Assembly: GCA_964016885.1 (NCBI GenBank)
Contig: OZ024746.1
Location: 496,001 to 560,000 of the forward strand
Origin: Eledone cirrhosa
Lineage: Eukaryota
DNA: 64,000 bases
Direction of reading: 5' to 3'
Shown here: positions 12,453 to 27,300 of the stretch, in pieces
How positions within the stretch are numbered: position 1 is the stretch's first letter
Layout: every line of letters starts with the position of its first letter
The notes under the pieces: model-generated
Seen by the model: only the letters and a program-made list of their open reading frames with translations
Told to the model about the DNA's origin: nothing
The model's database searches: none
Translations under genes and position numbers: made by a program

Positions 12453-12747
12453 ATGTCTATATTAAATAATGGTGTTTACAATCTATCATCATCATCATCA
12501 TCATGTCAGGTTCTGCCATTTCCACCTACAAAATTTTATTCATAAATTATTAGTAAACCCGAACTTATAGTAGAAGACACTCACTCAAGGTGCCGTGGGA
12601 CTGAAATTGAAACCATGTAGTTGCAAAACTACACAGCCATATATATATATATATCGATCGACTTTCGTCAAATCGGACCGAGGAAACAATGTTTCCACTG
12701 GTCTTTCTAGTTGCTAATACTATCTATCGGTCACAACTCCAGGTAGA

Positions 12748-12864
12748 AGGAGCAACGTGAAACAAAGTGTCTTGCTCAAGGACATAACGTATCGCCTGGT
12801 CCAGGAATCGAAATCACAACCTCACGATTGTGAATCCAATTCTCTAACCACTCAGCCACACGCC
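12748..12864 (-). mobile_element. tRNA/CORE SINE head fragment
   Basis: Minus strand GGCGTGTGGCTGAGTGG A-box, TTCGATTCC B-box, TCCTTGAGCAAGACACTT. Confidence 0.8.
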
Positions 12865-12867
12865 TTG

Positions 12868-13600
12868 CTGTTCTCGTGGTCATTCTTTCCTACATGTTTC
12901 AGTCCTGGGTGTCCTTTTACGTCATGGATCACAGGCCTCGCACAGCAGGTTGAACAAAGTTTGATTCACCGTCTTGGGTCCTATTCCCCTCTTGGACTCA
13001 ACTCACCTCCCTAATTTCTCTAATACTCCGTCCATTATCAAACCCCTAGATTCCTATCGCTTTCTCTTGATCATTAGCAGCTTCTCTTACTACTAATACA
13101 TCCCGATATACACTCTTATATTAACATACTTTTGCTCATAGCTTCATACTTACATGCACACATACTCTTTTACTCACATATACACACACATTTCTTCTTA
13201 GCTTCGTACGGACGTATAATAACAAACACACACACACACAAACTCATGCTTACACATGTGCTCAATTATAGCTTTTTACAAAACGTTTTTTTTTCCGGTT
13301 CAGGTAGACGCGCGCCATCATCCACTTTTCTAAAAAACAAATCATACACAAAATGCCAGCACCAACAGTTTTGCAAGAGATGTCAACATGAATGGACCTG
13401 TTATTTTTATCTAAAGACATTTTTTCCAATTCCATCCTGCCTGTCCCCTCAATCTATTTTATTTCTCATTCTTTCTTCTGATGAAGGACTAGTGTCCGAA
13501 ACGTTAAGACCCTCTTCCTGCTAGATCAATCGTTAATCTAATATATACCTTCCATATACTGTACCGATTGAGTTGTTATTTCTGTTAACCTTTTACATAC
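12868..13600 (+). mobile_element. Penelope-like element 3' fragment (GIY-YIG C-terminus plus pseudo-LTR)
   Basis: Frameshifted GHSFLHVSVLG..EQSLIHRLGSYSPLGLN, the E..LI..LG...P.GLN terminus typical of PLE endonucleases; hammerhead downstream. Confidence 0.72.
13472..13510 (+). ncRNA. Minimal type I hammerhead ribozyme
   Basis: CTGATGA (13478-13484), stem II GGAC-tagt-GTCC, GAAA, palindromic stem III AACGTT, A, then AGA pairing with upstream TCT. Confidence 0.75.
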
Positions 13601-13639
13601 ACATATATATATATATTTATTTATATATATATATAATAT

Positions 13640-14107
13640 CCAAGACTATGTCACTGGACCGAGATCTTTGGCGGTACTCAGTAATAGAGAAGACCCGCCT
13701 TACCTAAATACAAAGTAAAACCTACTACAGTCAGTAGGCACCTCTAACAAAATACACCCCCATCCCACCACCCCCACCCCATCCACACCGCCCCTTTCAA
13801 TGTAAAGTTATGTTGGTGCCACAACATCTAGGCCGAAACAAATGAGATCGTGTAGGTGTCACGACAAAAAAACACACAGTCCACACTGTAATGTGGCCAT
13901 GTAGGTAACACGGTAAAAACCTCCCAGTCCCACACTGTAAATGTGGTTGGTGTTAGGAAGGGCATCCAGCTGTAGAGAACCCGCCAGACAGTGCTATGCG
14001 AGCAATACAACCACTCTTGCCTCAAGTGGGAAAACTCCCGTCCAAACCCATGCAAGCGTGAAACATGGACGTTAAACGATGATGATGATGATGATGATGA
14101 TGATGAT
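13640..14107 (+). mobile_element. RTE LINE 3' end and UTR with (GAT)n tail
   Basis: DRDLWRYSVIEKTR-like terminus; GTTGGTGTTAGGAAGGGCATCCAGCTGTAG; AACCCATGCAAGCGTG..GGACGTTAAAC(GAT)n. Confidence 0.82.
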
Positions 14108-14277
14108 ATAAGGGATAACAAAATATTGTTATAGGTAATCCAGTTAGAGGTTGTGAATACTCCATATTGTGGATAGTTTTAGCGTACAGCGTTGTTTGAC
14201 TCAACAAGAAGTATATGTAGGTGGCGAGTTTATGAGTTCTCTTGTATTCCTATGTAAGTTTATCTTGGAGTAATAAT

Positions 14278-15236
<959 letters not shown>

Positions 15237-15326
15237 GGCCAGACAGGCCCATTTAATCAACTCCATTCCTCACCTTCAAAAAAGAAGAAATAAGGAACAT
15301 ATTAACTATTGTTTGGTTCTAGTTAG

Positions 15327-18300
15327 TGTTGGCTGGTCTAACTGTTGGCTGGTCTAACTGTTGGCTGGTCTAACTGTTGGCTGGTCTAACTGTTGGCTGG
15401 AGTAACTGTTAGCTGGACTAACTGTTGGTGGGACTAACTGTTGGCTAGAGTAACTGTTGGCTGGTCTAACTGTTGGCTGGTCTAACTGTTGTCTGGAGTA
15501 ACTGTTGGCTGGACTAACTGTTGTCTGGTCTAACTGTTGGCTGGACTAACTGTTGGTTGGTCTAACTGTTGGCTACACTAACTGTTGGCTGGAGTAACTG
15601 TTGGCTACACTAACTGTTGGCTGGAGTAACTGTTTGTTGGCTGGTCTAACTGTTGGCTGGACTAACTGTTGGCTGGTCTAACTGTTGGCTGGAGTAACTG
15701 TTGGCTGGTCTAACTGTTGGCTGGAGTAACTGTTAGCTGGAGTAACTGTTGGCTGGTCTAACTGTTGGCTGGTCTAACTGTTGGCTGGAGTAACTGTTGG
15801 CTGGTCTAACTGTTGGCTACACTAACTGTTGGCTAGTCTAACTGTTGGCTGGAGTAACTGTTAGCTGGAGTAACTGTTGGCTGGACTAACTGTTGGCTGG
15901 TCTAACTGTTGGCTGGAGTAACTGTTAGCTGGAGTAACTGTTGGCTGGTCTAACTGTTGGCTGGAGTAACTGTTAGCTGGAGTAACTGTTGGCTGGAATA
16001 ACTGTTGATTGGACTAACTGTTGGCTGGTCTAACTGTTGGCTACACTAACTGTTGGCTACACTAACTGTTGGCTGGTCTAACTGTTGGCTGGAGTAACTG
16101 TTGGCTGGACTAACTGTTGGCTGGTCTAACTGTTCGCTGGACTAACTGTTGGCTGGTCTAACTGTTGGCTGGTCTAACTGTTGGCTGGACTAACTGTTGG
16201 CTGGTCTAACTGTTGGCTGGAGTAACTGTTGGCTGGTCTAACTGTTGGCTGGTCTAACTGTTGGCTGGACTAACTGTTGTCTGGTCTAACTGTTGGCTGG
16301 ACTAAATGTTGGTTGGTCTAACTGTTGGCTAGAGTAACTGTTGGCTGGCTAACTGTTGGCTGGAGTAACTGTTAGATGGAGTAACTGTTGGCTGGTCTAA
16401 CTGTTGGCTGGTCTAACTGTTGGCTGGTCTAACTGTTGGCTGGAGTAACTGTTGGCTGGTCTAACTGTTGGCTACACTAACTGTTGGCTAGTCTAACTGT
16501 TGGCTGGAGTAACTGTTAGCTGGAGTAACTGTTGGCTGGACTAACTGTTGGCTGGAATAACTGTTGATTGGACTAACTGTTGGCTGGTCTAACTGTTGGC
16601 TACACTAACTGTTGGCTACACTAACTGTTGGCTGCTCTTAATGTTGGCTGGAGTAACTGTTAGCTGGACTAACTGTTGGCTGGTCTAACTGTTGGCTGGT
16701 CTAACTGTTGGCTACCCTAACTGTTGGTTGGTCTAACTCTTGGCTGGAGTAACTGTTAGCTGGAGTAACTGTTGGCTGGTCTAACTGTTGGCTGGTCTAA
16801 CTGTTGGCTACACTAACTGTTGGCTGGTCTAACTGTTGGCTGGAGTAACTGTTGGCTGGACTAACTGTTGGCTGGTCTAACTGTTGGCTGGACTAACTGT
16901 TGGCTGGAATAACTGTTGATTGGACTAACTGTTGGCTGGTCTAACTGTTGGCTACACTAACTGTTGGCTACACTAACTGTTGGCTGGTCTAACTGTTGGC
17001 TGGACTAACTGTTGGCTGGTCTAAATGTTGGCTGGACTAACTGTTGGCTGGACTAACTGTTGGCTACACTAACTGTTGGCTGGTCTAACTGTTGCCGGGA
17101 CTAACTGTTGGCTGGTCTAACTGTTGGCTGGACTAACTGTTGGTTGGTCTAACTGTTGGCTGGAGTAACTGTTAGCTGGAGTAACTGTTGGCTAGTCTAA
17201 CTGTTGGCTGGTCTAACTGTTGGCTACACTAACTGTTGGCTGGTCTAACTGTTGGCTGGAGTAACTGTTAGCTGGACTAACTGTTGGCTGGTCTAACTGT
17301 TGGCTGGTCTAACTGTTGGCTACACTAACTGTTGGTTGGTCTAACTGTTGGCTAGACTAACTGTTGGCTGGACTAACTGTTGGCTACACTAACTGTTGGC
17401 TGGTCTAACTGTTGGCTGGAGTAACTGTTAGCTGGAACTAATTGTTGGCTGGTCTAACTGTTGGCTACAGTAACTGTTGGCTGGTCTAACAGGTTGGCTG
17501 GTCTAACTGTTGGCTACACTAACTGTTGGCTGGACTAACTGTTCGCTGGTCTAACTGTTGGCTGGAGTAACTGTTGGCTACACTAACTGTTGGCTACACT
17601 AACTGTTGGCTGGAATAACTGTTGATTGGACTAACTGTTGGCTGGTCTAACTGTTGGCTACACTAACTGTTGGCTACACTAACTGTTGGCTGGTCTAACT
17701 GTTGGCTGGACTAACTGTTGGCTGGTCTAACTGTTGGCTGGACTAACTGTTGGCTGGAATAACTGTTGATTGGACTAACTGTTGGCTGGTCTAACTGTTG
17801 GCTACACTAACTGTTGGCTACACTAACTGTTGGCTGGTCTAACTGTTGGCTGGACTAACTGTTGGCTGGTCTAAATGTTGGCTGGACAAACTGTTGGCTG
17901 GACTAACTGTTGGCTACACTAACTGTTGGCTGGTCTAACTGTTGCCGGGACTAACTGTTGGCTGGTCTAACTGTTGGCTGGACTAACTGTTGGTTGGTCT
18001 AACTGTTGGCTGGAGTAACTGTTAGCTGGAGTAACTGTTGGCTAGTCCAACTGTTGGCTGGTCTAACTGTTGGCTACACTAACTGTTGGCTGGTCTAACT
18101 GTTGGCTGGAGTAACTGTTAGCTGGACTAACTGTTGGCTGGTCTAACTGTTGGCTGGTCTAACTGTTGGCTACACTAACTGTTGGTTGGTCTAACTGTTG
18201 GCTAGACTAACTGTTGGCTGGACTAACTGTTGGCTACACTAACTGTTGGCTGGAGTAACTGTTAGCTGGAACTAATTGTTGGCTGGTCTAACTGTTGGCT

Positions 18301-21300
18301 ACAGTAACTGTTGGCTGGTCTAACAGGTTGGCTGGTCTAACTGTTGGCTACACTAACTGTTGGCTGGACTAACTGTTCGCTGGTCTAACTGTTGGCTGGA
18401 GTAACTGTTGGCTACACTAACTGTTGGCTACACTAACTGTTGGCTGGAATAACTGTTGATTGGACTAACTGTTGGCTGGTCTAACTGTTGGCTACACTAA
18501 CTGTTGGCTACACTAACTGTTGGCTGGTCTAACTGTTGGCTGGACTAACTGTTGGCTGGTCTAACTGTTGGCTGGACTAACTGTTGGCTGGACTAACTGT
18601 TGGCTACACTAACTGTTGGCTGGTCTAACTGTTGGCTGGTCTAACTGTTGGCTACACTAACTGTTGGTTGGTCTAACTGTTGGCTGGAGTAACTGTTAGC
18701 TGGAGTAACTGTTGGCTAGTCTAACTGTTGGCTGGTCTAACTGTTGGCTACACTAACTGTTGGCTGGTCTTAATGTTGGCTGGAGTAACTGTTAGCTGGA
18801 CTAACTGTTGGCTGGTCTAACTGTTGGCTGGTCTAACTGTTGGCTACACTAACTGTTGGCTGGTCTAACTCTTGGCTGGAGTAACTGTTAGCTGGAGTAA
18901 CTGTTGGCTGGTCTAACTGTTGGGTGGTCTAACTGTTGGCTACACTAACTGTTGGCTGGTCTAACTGTTGGCTGGAGTAACTGTTGGCTGGGCTAACTGT
19001 TGGCTGGAGTAACTGTTGGCTGGGCTAACTGTTGGCTACACTAACTGTTGGCTGGTCTAACTGTTGGCTGGTCTAACTGTTGGCTGGTCTAACTGTTGGC
19101 TGGACTAACTTTTGGCTGGTCTAACTGTTGGCTGGAGTAACTGTTGGCTGGTCTAACTGTTGGCTGGACTAACTGTTGGCTGGAATAACTGTTGATTGGA
19201 CTAACTTTTGGCTGGTCTAACTGTTGGCTACACTAACTGTTGGCTACACTAACTGTTGGCTGGTCTAACTGTTGGCTGGACTAACTGTTGGCTGGTCTAA
19301 CTGTTGGCTGGACTAACTGTTGTTTGGACTAACTGTTGGCTACACTAACTGTTGGCTGGTCTAACTGTTGCCGGGACTAACTGTTGGCTGGTCTAACTGT
19401 TGGCTGGTCTAACTGTTGGCTGGACTAACTGTTGGCTGGTCTAACTGTTGGCTGGAGTAACTGTTGGCTGGTCTAACTGTTGGCTGGTCTAACTGTTGGC
19501 TGGACTAACTGTTGTCTGATCTAACTGTTGGCTGGACTAAATGTTGGTTGGTCTAACTGTTGGCTGGACTAAATGTTGGTTGGTCTAACTGTTGGCTGGA
19601 GTAACTGTTGGCTGGAGTAACTGTTAGCTGGAGTAACTGTTGGCTGGTCTAACTGTTGGCTGGTCTAACTGTTGGCTGGTCTAACTGTTGGCTACACTAA
19701 CTGTTGGCTAGTCTAACTGTTGGCTGGAGTAACTGTTAGCTGGAGCAACTGTTGGCTGGACTAACTGTTGGCTGGAATAACTGTTGATTGGACTAACTGT
19801 TGGCTGGTCTAACTGTTGGCTACACTAACTGTTGGCTACACTAACTGTTGGCTGGTCTTAATGTTGGCTGGAGTAACTGTTAGCTGGACTAACTGTTGGC
19901 TGGTCTAACTGTTGGCTGGTCTAACTGTTGGCTACACTAACTGTTGGCTGGTCTAACTCTTGGCTGGAGTAACTGATAGCTGGAGTAACTGTTGGCTGGT
20001 CTAACTGTTGGCTGGTCTAACTGTTGGCTACACTAACTGTTGGCTGGTCTAACTGTTGGCTGGAGTAACTGTTGGCTGGACTAACTGTTGGCTGGTCTAA
20101 CTGTTGGCTGGACTAACTGTTGGCTGGAATAACTGTTGCTTTGACTAACTGTTGGCTGGTCTAACTGTTGGCTACACTAACTGTTGGCTACACTAACTGT
20201 TGGCTGGTCTAACTGTTGGCTGGACTAACTGTTGGCTGGTCTAACTGTTGGCTGGACTAACTGTTGGCTACACTAACTGTTGGCTGGTCTAACTGTTGCC
20301 GGGACTAACTGTTGGCTGGTCTAACTGTTGGCTGGATTAACTGTTGGTTGGTCTAACTGTTGGCTGGAGTAACTGTTAGCTGCAGTAACTGTTGGCTAGT
20401 CTAACTGTTGGCTGGTCTAACTGTTGGCTACACTAACTGTTGGCTGCTCTAACTGTTGGCTGGAGTAACTGTTAGCTGGACTAACTGTTGGCTGGTCTAA
20501 CTGTTGGCTGGTCTAACTGTTGGCTACACTAACTGTTGGTTGGTCTAACTGTTGGCTGGACTAACTGTTGGCTACACTAACTGTTGGCTAGTCTAACTGT
20601 TGGCTGGTCTAACTGTTGGCTGGACTAACTGTTGGCAGGTCTAACTGTTGGCTGGACTAACTGTTGGCTGGACTAACTGTTGGCTACACTAACTGTTGGC
20701 TGGTCTAACTGTTGGCTGGAGTAACTGTTAGCTGGAACTAATTGTTGGCTGGTCTATCTGTTGGCTGGAATAACTGTTGATTGGACTAACTGTTGGCTGG
20801 TCTAACTGTTGGCTACACTAACTGTTGGCTACACTAACTGTTGGCTGGTCTAACTGTTGGTTGGTCTAACTGTTGGCTGTAGTAACTGTTGGCTGGACTA
20901 ACTGTTGGCTGGTCTAACTGTTGGCTGGACTAACTGTTGGCTACACTAACTGTTGGCTGGTCTAACTGTTGGCTGGACTAACTGTTGGCTGGTCTAACTG
21001 TTGGCTGGACTAACTGTTGGCTGGACTAACTGTTGGCTACACTAACTGTTGGCTGGTCTAACTGTTGCCGGGTCTAACTGTTGGCTGGACTAACTGTTGG
21101 TTGGTCTAACTGTTGGCTGGAGTAACTGTTAGCTGGAGTAACTGTTGGCTAGTCTAACTGTTGGCTGGTCTAACTGTTGGCTACACTAACTGTTGGCTGG
21201 TCTAACTGTTGGCTGGAGTAACTGTTAGCTGGACTAACTGTTGGCTGGTCTAACTGTTGGCTGGTCTAACTGTTGGCTACACTAACTGTTGGCTGGTCTA

Positions 21301-24300
21301 ACTGTTGGCTGGAGTAACTGTTGGCTGGACTAACTGTTGGCTGGTCTAACTGTTGGCTGGACTAACTGTTGGCTGGAATAACTGTTGATTGGACTAACTG
21401 TTGGCTGGTCTAACTGTTGGCTACACTAACTGTTGGCTACACTAACTGTTGGCTGGTCTAACTGTTGGCTGGACTAACTGTTGGCTGGTCTAACTGTTGG
21501 CTGGACTAACTGTTGGTTGGACTAACTGTTGGCTACACTAACTGTTGGCTGGTCTAACTGTTGCCGGGACTAACTGTTGGCTGGTCTAACTGTTGGCTGG
21601 TCTAACTGTTGGCTGGACTAACTGTTGGCTGGTCTAACTGTTGGCTGGAGTAACTGTTGGCTGGTCTAACTGTTGGCTGGTCTAACTGTTGGCTGGACTA
21701 ACTGTTGTCTGATCTAACTGTTGGCTTGACTAAATGTTGGTTGGTCTAACTGTTGGCTGGACTAAATGTTGGTTGGTCTAACTGTTGGCTGGAGTAACTG
21801 TTGGCTGGAGTAACTGTTAGCTGGAGTAACTGTTGGCTGGTCTAACTGTTGGCTGGTCTAACTGTTGGCTGGTCTAACTGTTGGCTACACTAACTGTTGG
21901 CTAGTCTAACTGTTGGCTGGAGTAACTGTTAGCTGGAGTAACTGTTGGCTGGACTAACTGTTGGCTGGAATAACTGTTGATTGGACTAACTGTTGGCTGG
22001 TCTAACTGTTGGCTACACTAACTGTTGGCTACACTAACTGTTGGCTGGTCTTAATGTTGGCTGGAGTAACTGTTAGCTGGACTAACTGTTGGCTGGTCTA
22101 ACTGTTGGCTGGTCTAACTGTTGGCTACACTAACTGTTGGCTGGTCTTACTCTTGGCTGGAGTAACTGATAGCTGGAGTAACTGTTGGCTGGTCTAACTG
22201 TTGGCTGGTCTAACTGTTGGCTACACTAACTGTTGGCTGGTCTAACTGTTGGCTGGAGTAACTGTTGGCTGGACTGACTGTTGGCTGGTCGAACTGTTGG
22301 CTGGACTAACTGTTGGCTGGAATAACTGTTGATTGGACTAACTGTTGGCTGGTCTAACTGTTGGCTAAACTAACTGTTGGCTACACTAACTGTTGGCTGG
22401 TCTAACTGTTGGCTGGACTAACTGTTGGCTGGTCTAACTGTTGGCTGGACTAACTGTTGGCTACACTAACTGTTGGCTGGTCTAACTGTTGCCGGGACTA
22501 ACTGTTGGCTGGTCTAACTGTTGGCTGGATTAACTGTTGGTTGGTCTAACTGTTGGCTGGAGTAACTGTTAGCTGCAGTAACTGTTGGCTAGTCTAACTG
22601 TTGGCTGGTCTAACTGTTGGCTACACTAACTGATGGCTGGTCTAACTGTTGGCTGGAGTAACTGTTAGCTGGACTAACTGTTGGCTGGTCTAACTGTTGG
22701 CTGGTCTAACTGTTGGCTACACTAACTGTTGGTTGGTCTAACTGTTGGCTGGACTAACTGTTGGCTACACTAACTGTTGGCTAGTCTAACTGTTGGCTGG
22801 TCTAACTGTTGGCTGGACTAACTGTTGGCTGGTCTAGCTGTTGGCTGGACTAACTGTTGGCTGGACTAACTGTTGGCTACACTAACTGTTGGCTGGTCTA
22901 ACTGTTGGCTGGAGTAACTGTTAGCTGGAACTAATTGTTGGCTGGTCTATCTGTTGGCTGGAATAACTGTTGATTGGACTAACTGTTGGCTGGTCTAACT
23001 GTTGGCTACACTAACTGTTGGCTACACGAACTGTTGGCTGGTCTAACTGTTGCCAGGACTAACTGTTGGCTGGTCTAACTGTTGGCTGGACTAACTGTTG
23101 GTTGGTCTAACTGTTGGCTGGAGTAACTGTTAGCTGGAGTAACTGTTGGCTAGTCTAACTGTTGGCTGGTCTAACTGTTGGCTACACTAACTGTTGGCTG
23201 ATCTAACTGTTGGCTGGAGTAACTGTTGGCTGGTCTAACTGTTGGCTGGAGTAACTGTTGGCTACACTAACTGTTGGTTGGTCTAACTGTTGGCTGGACT
23301 AACTGTTGGCTACACTAACTGTTGGCTGGTCTATCTGTTGGCTGGAGTAACTGTTAGCTGGACTAACTGTTGGCCGGTCTAACTGTTGGCTGGTCTAACT
23401 GTTGGCTACACTAACTGTTGGCTGGTCTAACTGTTGGCTGGTCTAACTGTTGGCTGGACTAACTGTTGGCTGGTCTATCTGTTGGCTGGAGTAACCGTTG
23501 GCTGGGCTAACTGTTGGCTGGAGTAACTGTTGGCTGGGCTAACTGTTGGCTACACTAACTGTTGGCTGGTATAACTGTTGGCTGGTCTAACTGTTGGCTG
23601 GTCTAACTGTTGGCTGGACTAACTTTTGGCTGGTCTAACTGTTGGCTGGAGTAACTGTTGGCTGGTCTAACTGTTGGCTGGTCTAACTGTTGGCTGGAGT
23701 AACTGTTGGCTGGTCTAACTGTTGGCTACACTAACTGTTGACTGGTCTAACTGCTGGCTGGAGTAACTGTTAGCTGGAGTAACTGTTGGCTGGATTAACT
23801 GTTGGCTGGAATAACTGTTGGCTGGACTAACTGTTGGCTGGTCTCACTGTTGGCTACACTAACTGTTGGCTACACTAACTGTTGGCTGGTCTAACTGTTG
23901 GTTGGTCTAACTGTTGGCTGGAGTAACTGTTGGCTGGACTAACTGTTGGCTGGTCTAACTGTTGGCTGGACTAACTGTTGGCTACACTAACTGTTGGCTG
24001 GTCTAACTGTTGGCTGGAGCAACTGTTAGCTGGATTAACTCTTGGATGGTCTAACTGTTGGCTACACTAACTGTTGGCTGGTCTAACTGTCGGCTGGAGT
24101 AATTGTTGGCTGGAATAAATGTTGGCTGGGCTAACTGTTGGCTGGAGTAACTGTTGGCTGGGCTAACTGTTGGCTGGGCTAACTGATGGCTGGTCTAACT
24201 GTTGCCTACACTAACTGTTGGCTGGTCTAACTGTTGGCTGGAGTAACTGTTGGCTGGAATAACTGTTGGCTGGAATAACTGTTGGCTGGAATAACTGTTG

Positions 24301-27300
24301 GCTGGACTAACTGTTGGCTGGTCTCACTGTTGGCTACACTAACTGTTGGCTGGTCTAACTGTTTGTTGGTCTAACTGTTGCCTGGAGTAACTGTTGGCTG
24401 GACTAACTGTTGGCTGGTCTAACTGTTGGCTGGACTAACTGTTGGCTACACTAACTGTTGGCTGGTCTAACTGTTGGCTGGAGTAACTGTTAGCTGGACT
24501 AACTGTTGGCTGGACTAACTGTTGGCTACACTAACTGTTGGCTGGTCTAACTGTTGCCGGGACTAACTGTTGGCTGGTCTAACTATTGGCTGGACTAACT
24601 GTTGGTTGGTCTAACTGTTGGCTGGAGTAACTGTTAGCTGGAGTAACTGTTGGCTAGTCTAACTGTTGGCTGGTCTAACTGTTGGCTACACTAACTGTTG
24701 GCTGGTCTAACTGTTGGCTGGAGTAACTGTTAGCTGGACTAACTGTTGGCTGGTCTAACTGTTGGCTGGTCTAACTGTTGGCTACACTAACTGTTGGCTA
24801 CACTAACTGTTGGCTGGAATAACTGTTGATTGGACTAACTGTTGGCTGGTCTAACTGTTGGCTACACTAACTGTTGGCTACACTAACTGTTGGCTGGTCT
24901 AACTGTTGGCTGGACTAACTGTTGGCTGGTCTAACTGTTGGCTGGACTAACTGTTGGCTACACTAACTGTTGGCTGGTCTAACTGTTGCCGGGTCTAACT
25001 GTTGGCTGGTCTAACTGTTGGTTGGTCTAACTGTTGGCTGGAGTAACTGTTAGCTGGAGTAACTGTTGGCTAGTCTAACTGTTGGCTGGTCTAACTGTTG
25101 GCTACACTAACTGTTGGCTGATCTAACTGTTGGCTGGAGTAACTGTTGGCTGGTCTAACTGTTGGCTGGAGTAACTGTTGGCTACACTAACTGTTGGTTG
25201 GTCTAACTGTTGGCTGGACTAACTGTTGGCTACACTAACTGTTGGCTGGTCTAACTGTTGGCTGGAGTAACTGTTAGCTGGACTAACTGTTGGCCGGTCT
25301 AACTGTTGGCTGGTCTAACTGTTGGCTACACTAACTGTTGGCTGGTCTAACTGTTGGCTGGTCTAACTGTTGGCTGGACTAACTGTTGGCTGGTCTATCT
25401 GTTGGCTGGAGTAACTGTTGGCTGGGCTAACTGTTGGCTGGAGTAACTGTTGGCTGGGCTAACTGTTGGCTACACTAACTGTTGGCTGGTCTAACTGTTG
25501 GCTGGTCTAACTGTTGGCTGGTCTAACTGTTGGCTGGACTAACTTTTGCCTGATCTAACTGTTGGCTGGAGTAACTGTTGGCTGGTCTAAATGTTGGCTG
25601 GTCTAACTGTTGGCTGGAGTAACTGTTGGCTGGTCTAACTGTTGGCTACACTAACTGTTGGCTGGTCTAACTGTTGGCTGGAGTAACTGTTAGCTGGAGT
25701 AACTGTTGGCTGGATTAACTGTTGGCTGGAATAACGGTTGGCTGGACTAACTGTTGGCTGGTCTCACTGTTGGCTACACTAACTGTTGGCTACACTAACT
25801 GTTGGCTGGTCTAACTGTTGGTTGGTCTAACTGTTGGCTGCAGTAACTGTTGGCTGGACTAACTGTTGGCTGGTCTAACTGTTGGCTGGACTAACTGTTG
25901 GCTACACTAACTGTTGGCTGGTCTAACTGTTGGCTGGACTAACTGTTGGCTGGTCTAACTGTTGGCTGGACTAACTGTTGGCTGGACTAACTGTTGGCTA
26001 CACTAACTGTTGGCTGGTCTAACTGTTGCCGGGTCTAACTGTTGGCTGGACTAACTGTTGGTTGGTCTAACTGTTGGCTGAAGTAACTGTTAGCTGGAGT
26101 AACTGTTGGCTAGTCTAACTGTTGGCTGGTCTAACTGTTGGCTACACTAACTGTTGGCTGGTCTTAATGTTGGCTGGAGTAACTGTTAGCTGGACTAACT
26201 GTTGGCTGGTCTAACTGTTGGCTGGTCTAACTGTTGGCTACACTAACTGTTGGCTGGTCTAACTCTTGGCTGGAGTAACTGTTGGCTGGACTAACTGTTG
26301 GCTGGTCTAACTGTTGGCTGGACTAACTGTTGGCTGGAATAACTGTTGATTGGACTAACTGTTGGCTGGTTTAACTGTTGGCTACACTAACTGTTGGCTA
26401 CACTAACTGTTGGCTGGACTAACTGTTGGCTGGTCTAACTGTTGGCTGGAGTAACTGCTGGCTGGTCTAACTGTTGGCTACACTAACTGTTGGCTGGACT
26501 AACTGTTGTCTGATCTAACTGTTGGCTGGACTAAATGTTGGTTGGTCTAACTGTTGGCTGGACTAAATGTTGGTTGGTCTAACTGTTGGCTGGAGTAACT
26601 GTTGGCTGGAGTAACTGTTAGCTGGATTAACTGTTGGCTGGTCTAACTGTTGGCTGGTCTAACTGTTGGCTGGTCTAACTGTTGGCTACACTAACTGTTG
26701 GCTAGTCTAACTGTTGGCTGGAGTAACTGTTAGCTGGAGTAACTGTTGGCTGGACTAACTGTTGGCTGGAATAACTGTTGATTGGACTAACTGTTGGCTG
26801 GTCTAACTGTTGGCTACACTAACTGTTGGCTACACTAACTGTTGGCTGGTCTTAATGTTGGCTGGAGTAACTGTTAGCTGGACTAACTGTTGGCTGGTCT
26901 AACTGTTGGCTGGTCTAACTGTTGGCTACACTAACTGTTGGCTGGTCTAACTCTTGGCTGGAGTAACTGATAGCTGGAGTAACTGTTGGCTGGTCTAACT
27001 GTTGGCTACACTAACTGTTGGCTGGTCTAACTGTTGGCTGGAGTAACTGTTGGCTGGACTAACTGTTGGCTGGTCTAACTGTTGGCTGGACTAACTGTTG
27101 GCTGGAATAACTGTTGTTTGGACTAACTGTTGGCTGGTCTAACTGTTGGCTACACTAACTGTTGGCTGGTCTAACTGTTGGCTGGACTAACTGTTGGCTG
27201 GTCTAACTGTTGGCTGGTCTAACTGTTGCCGGGACTAACTGTTGGCTGGTCTAACTGTTGGCTGGATTAACTGTTGGTTGGTCTAACTGTTGGCTGGAGT

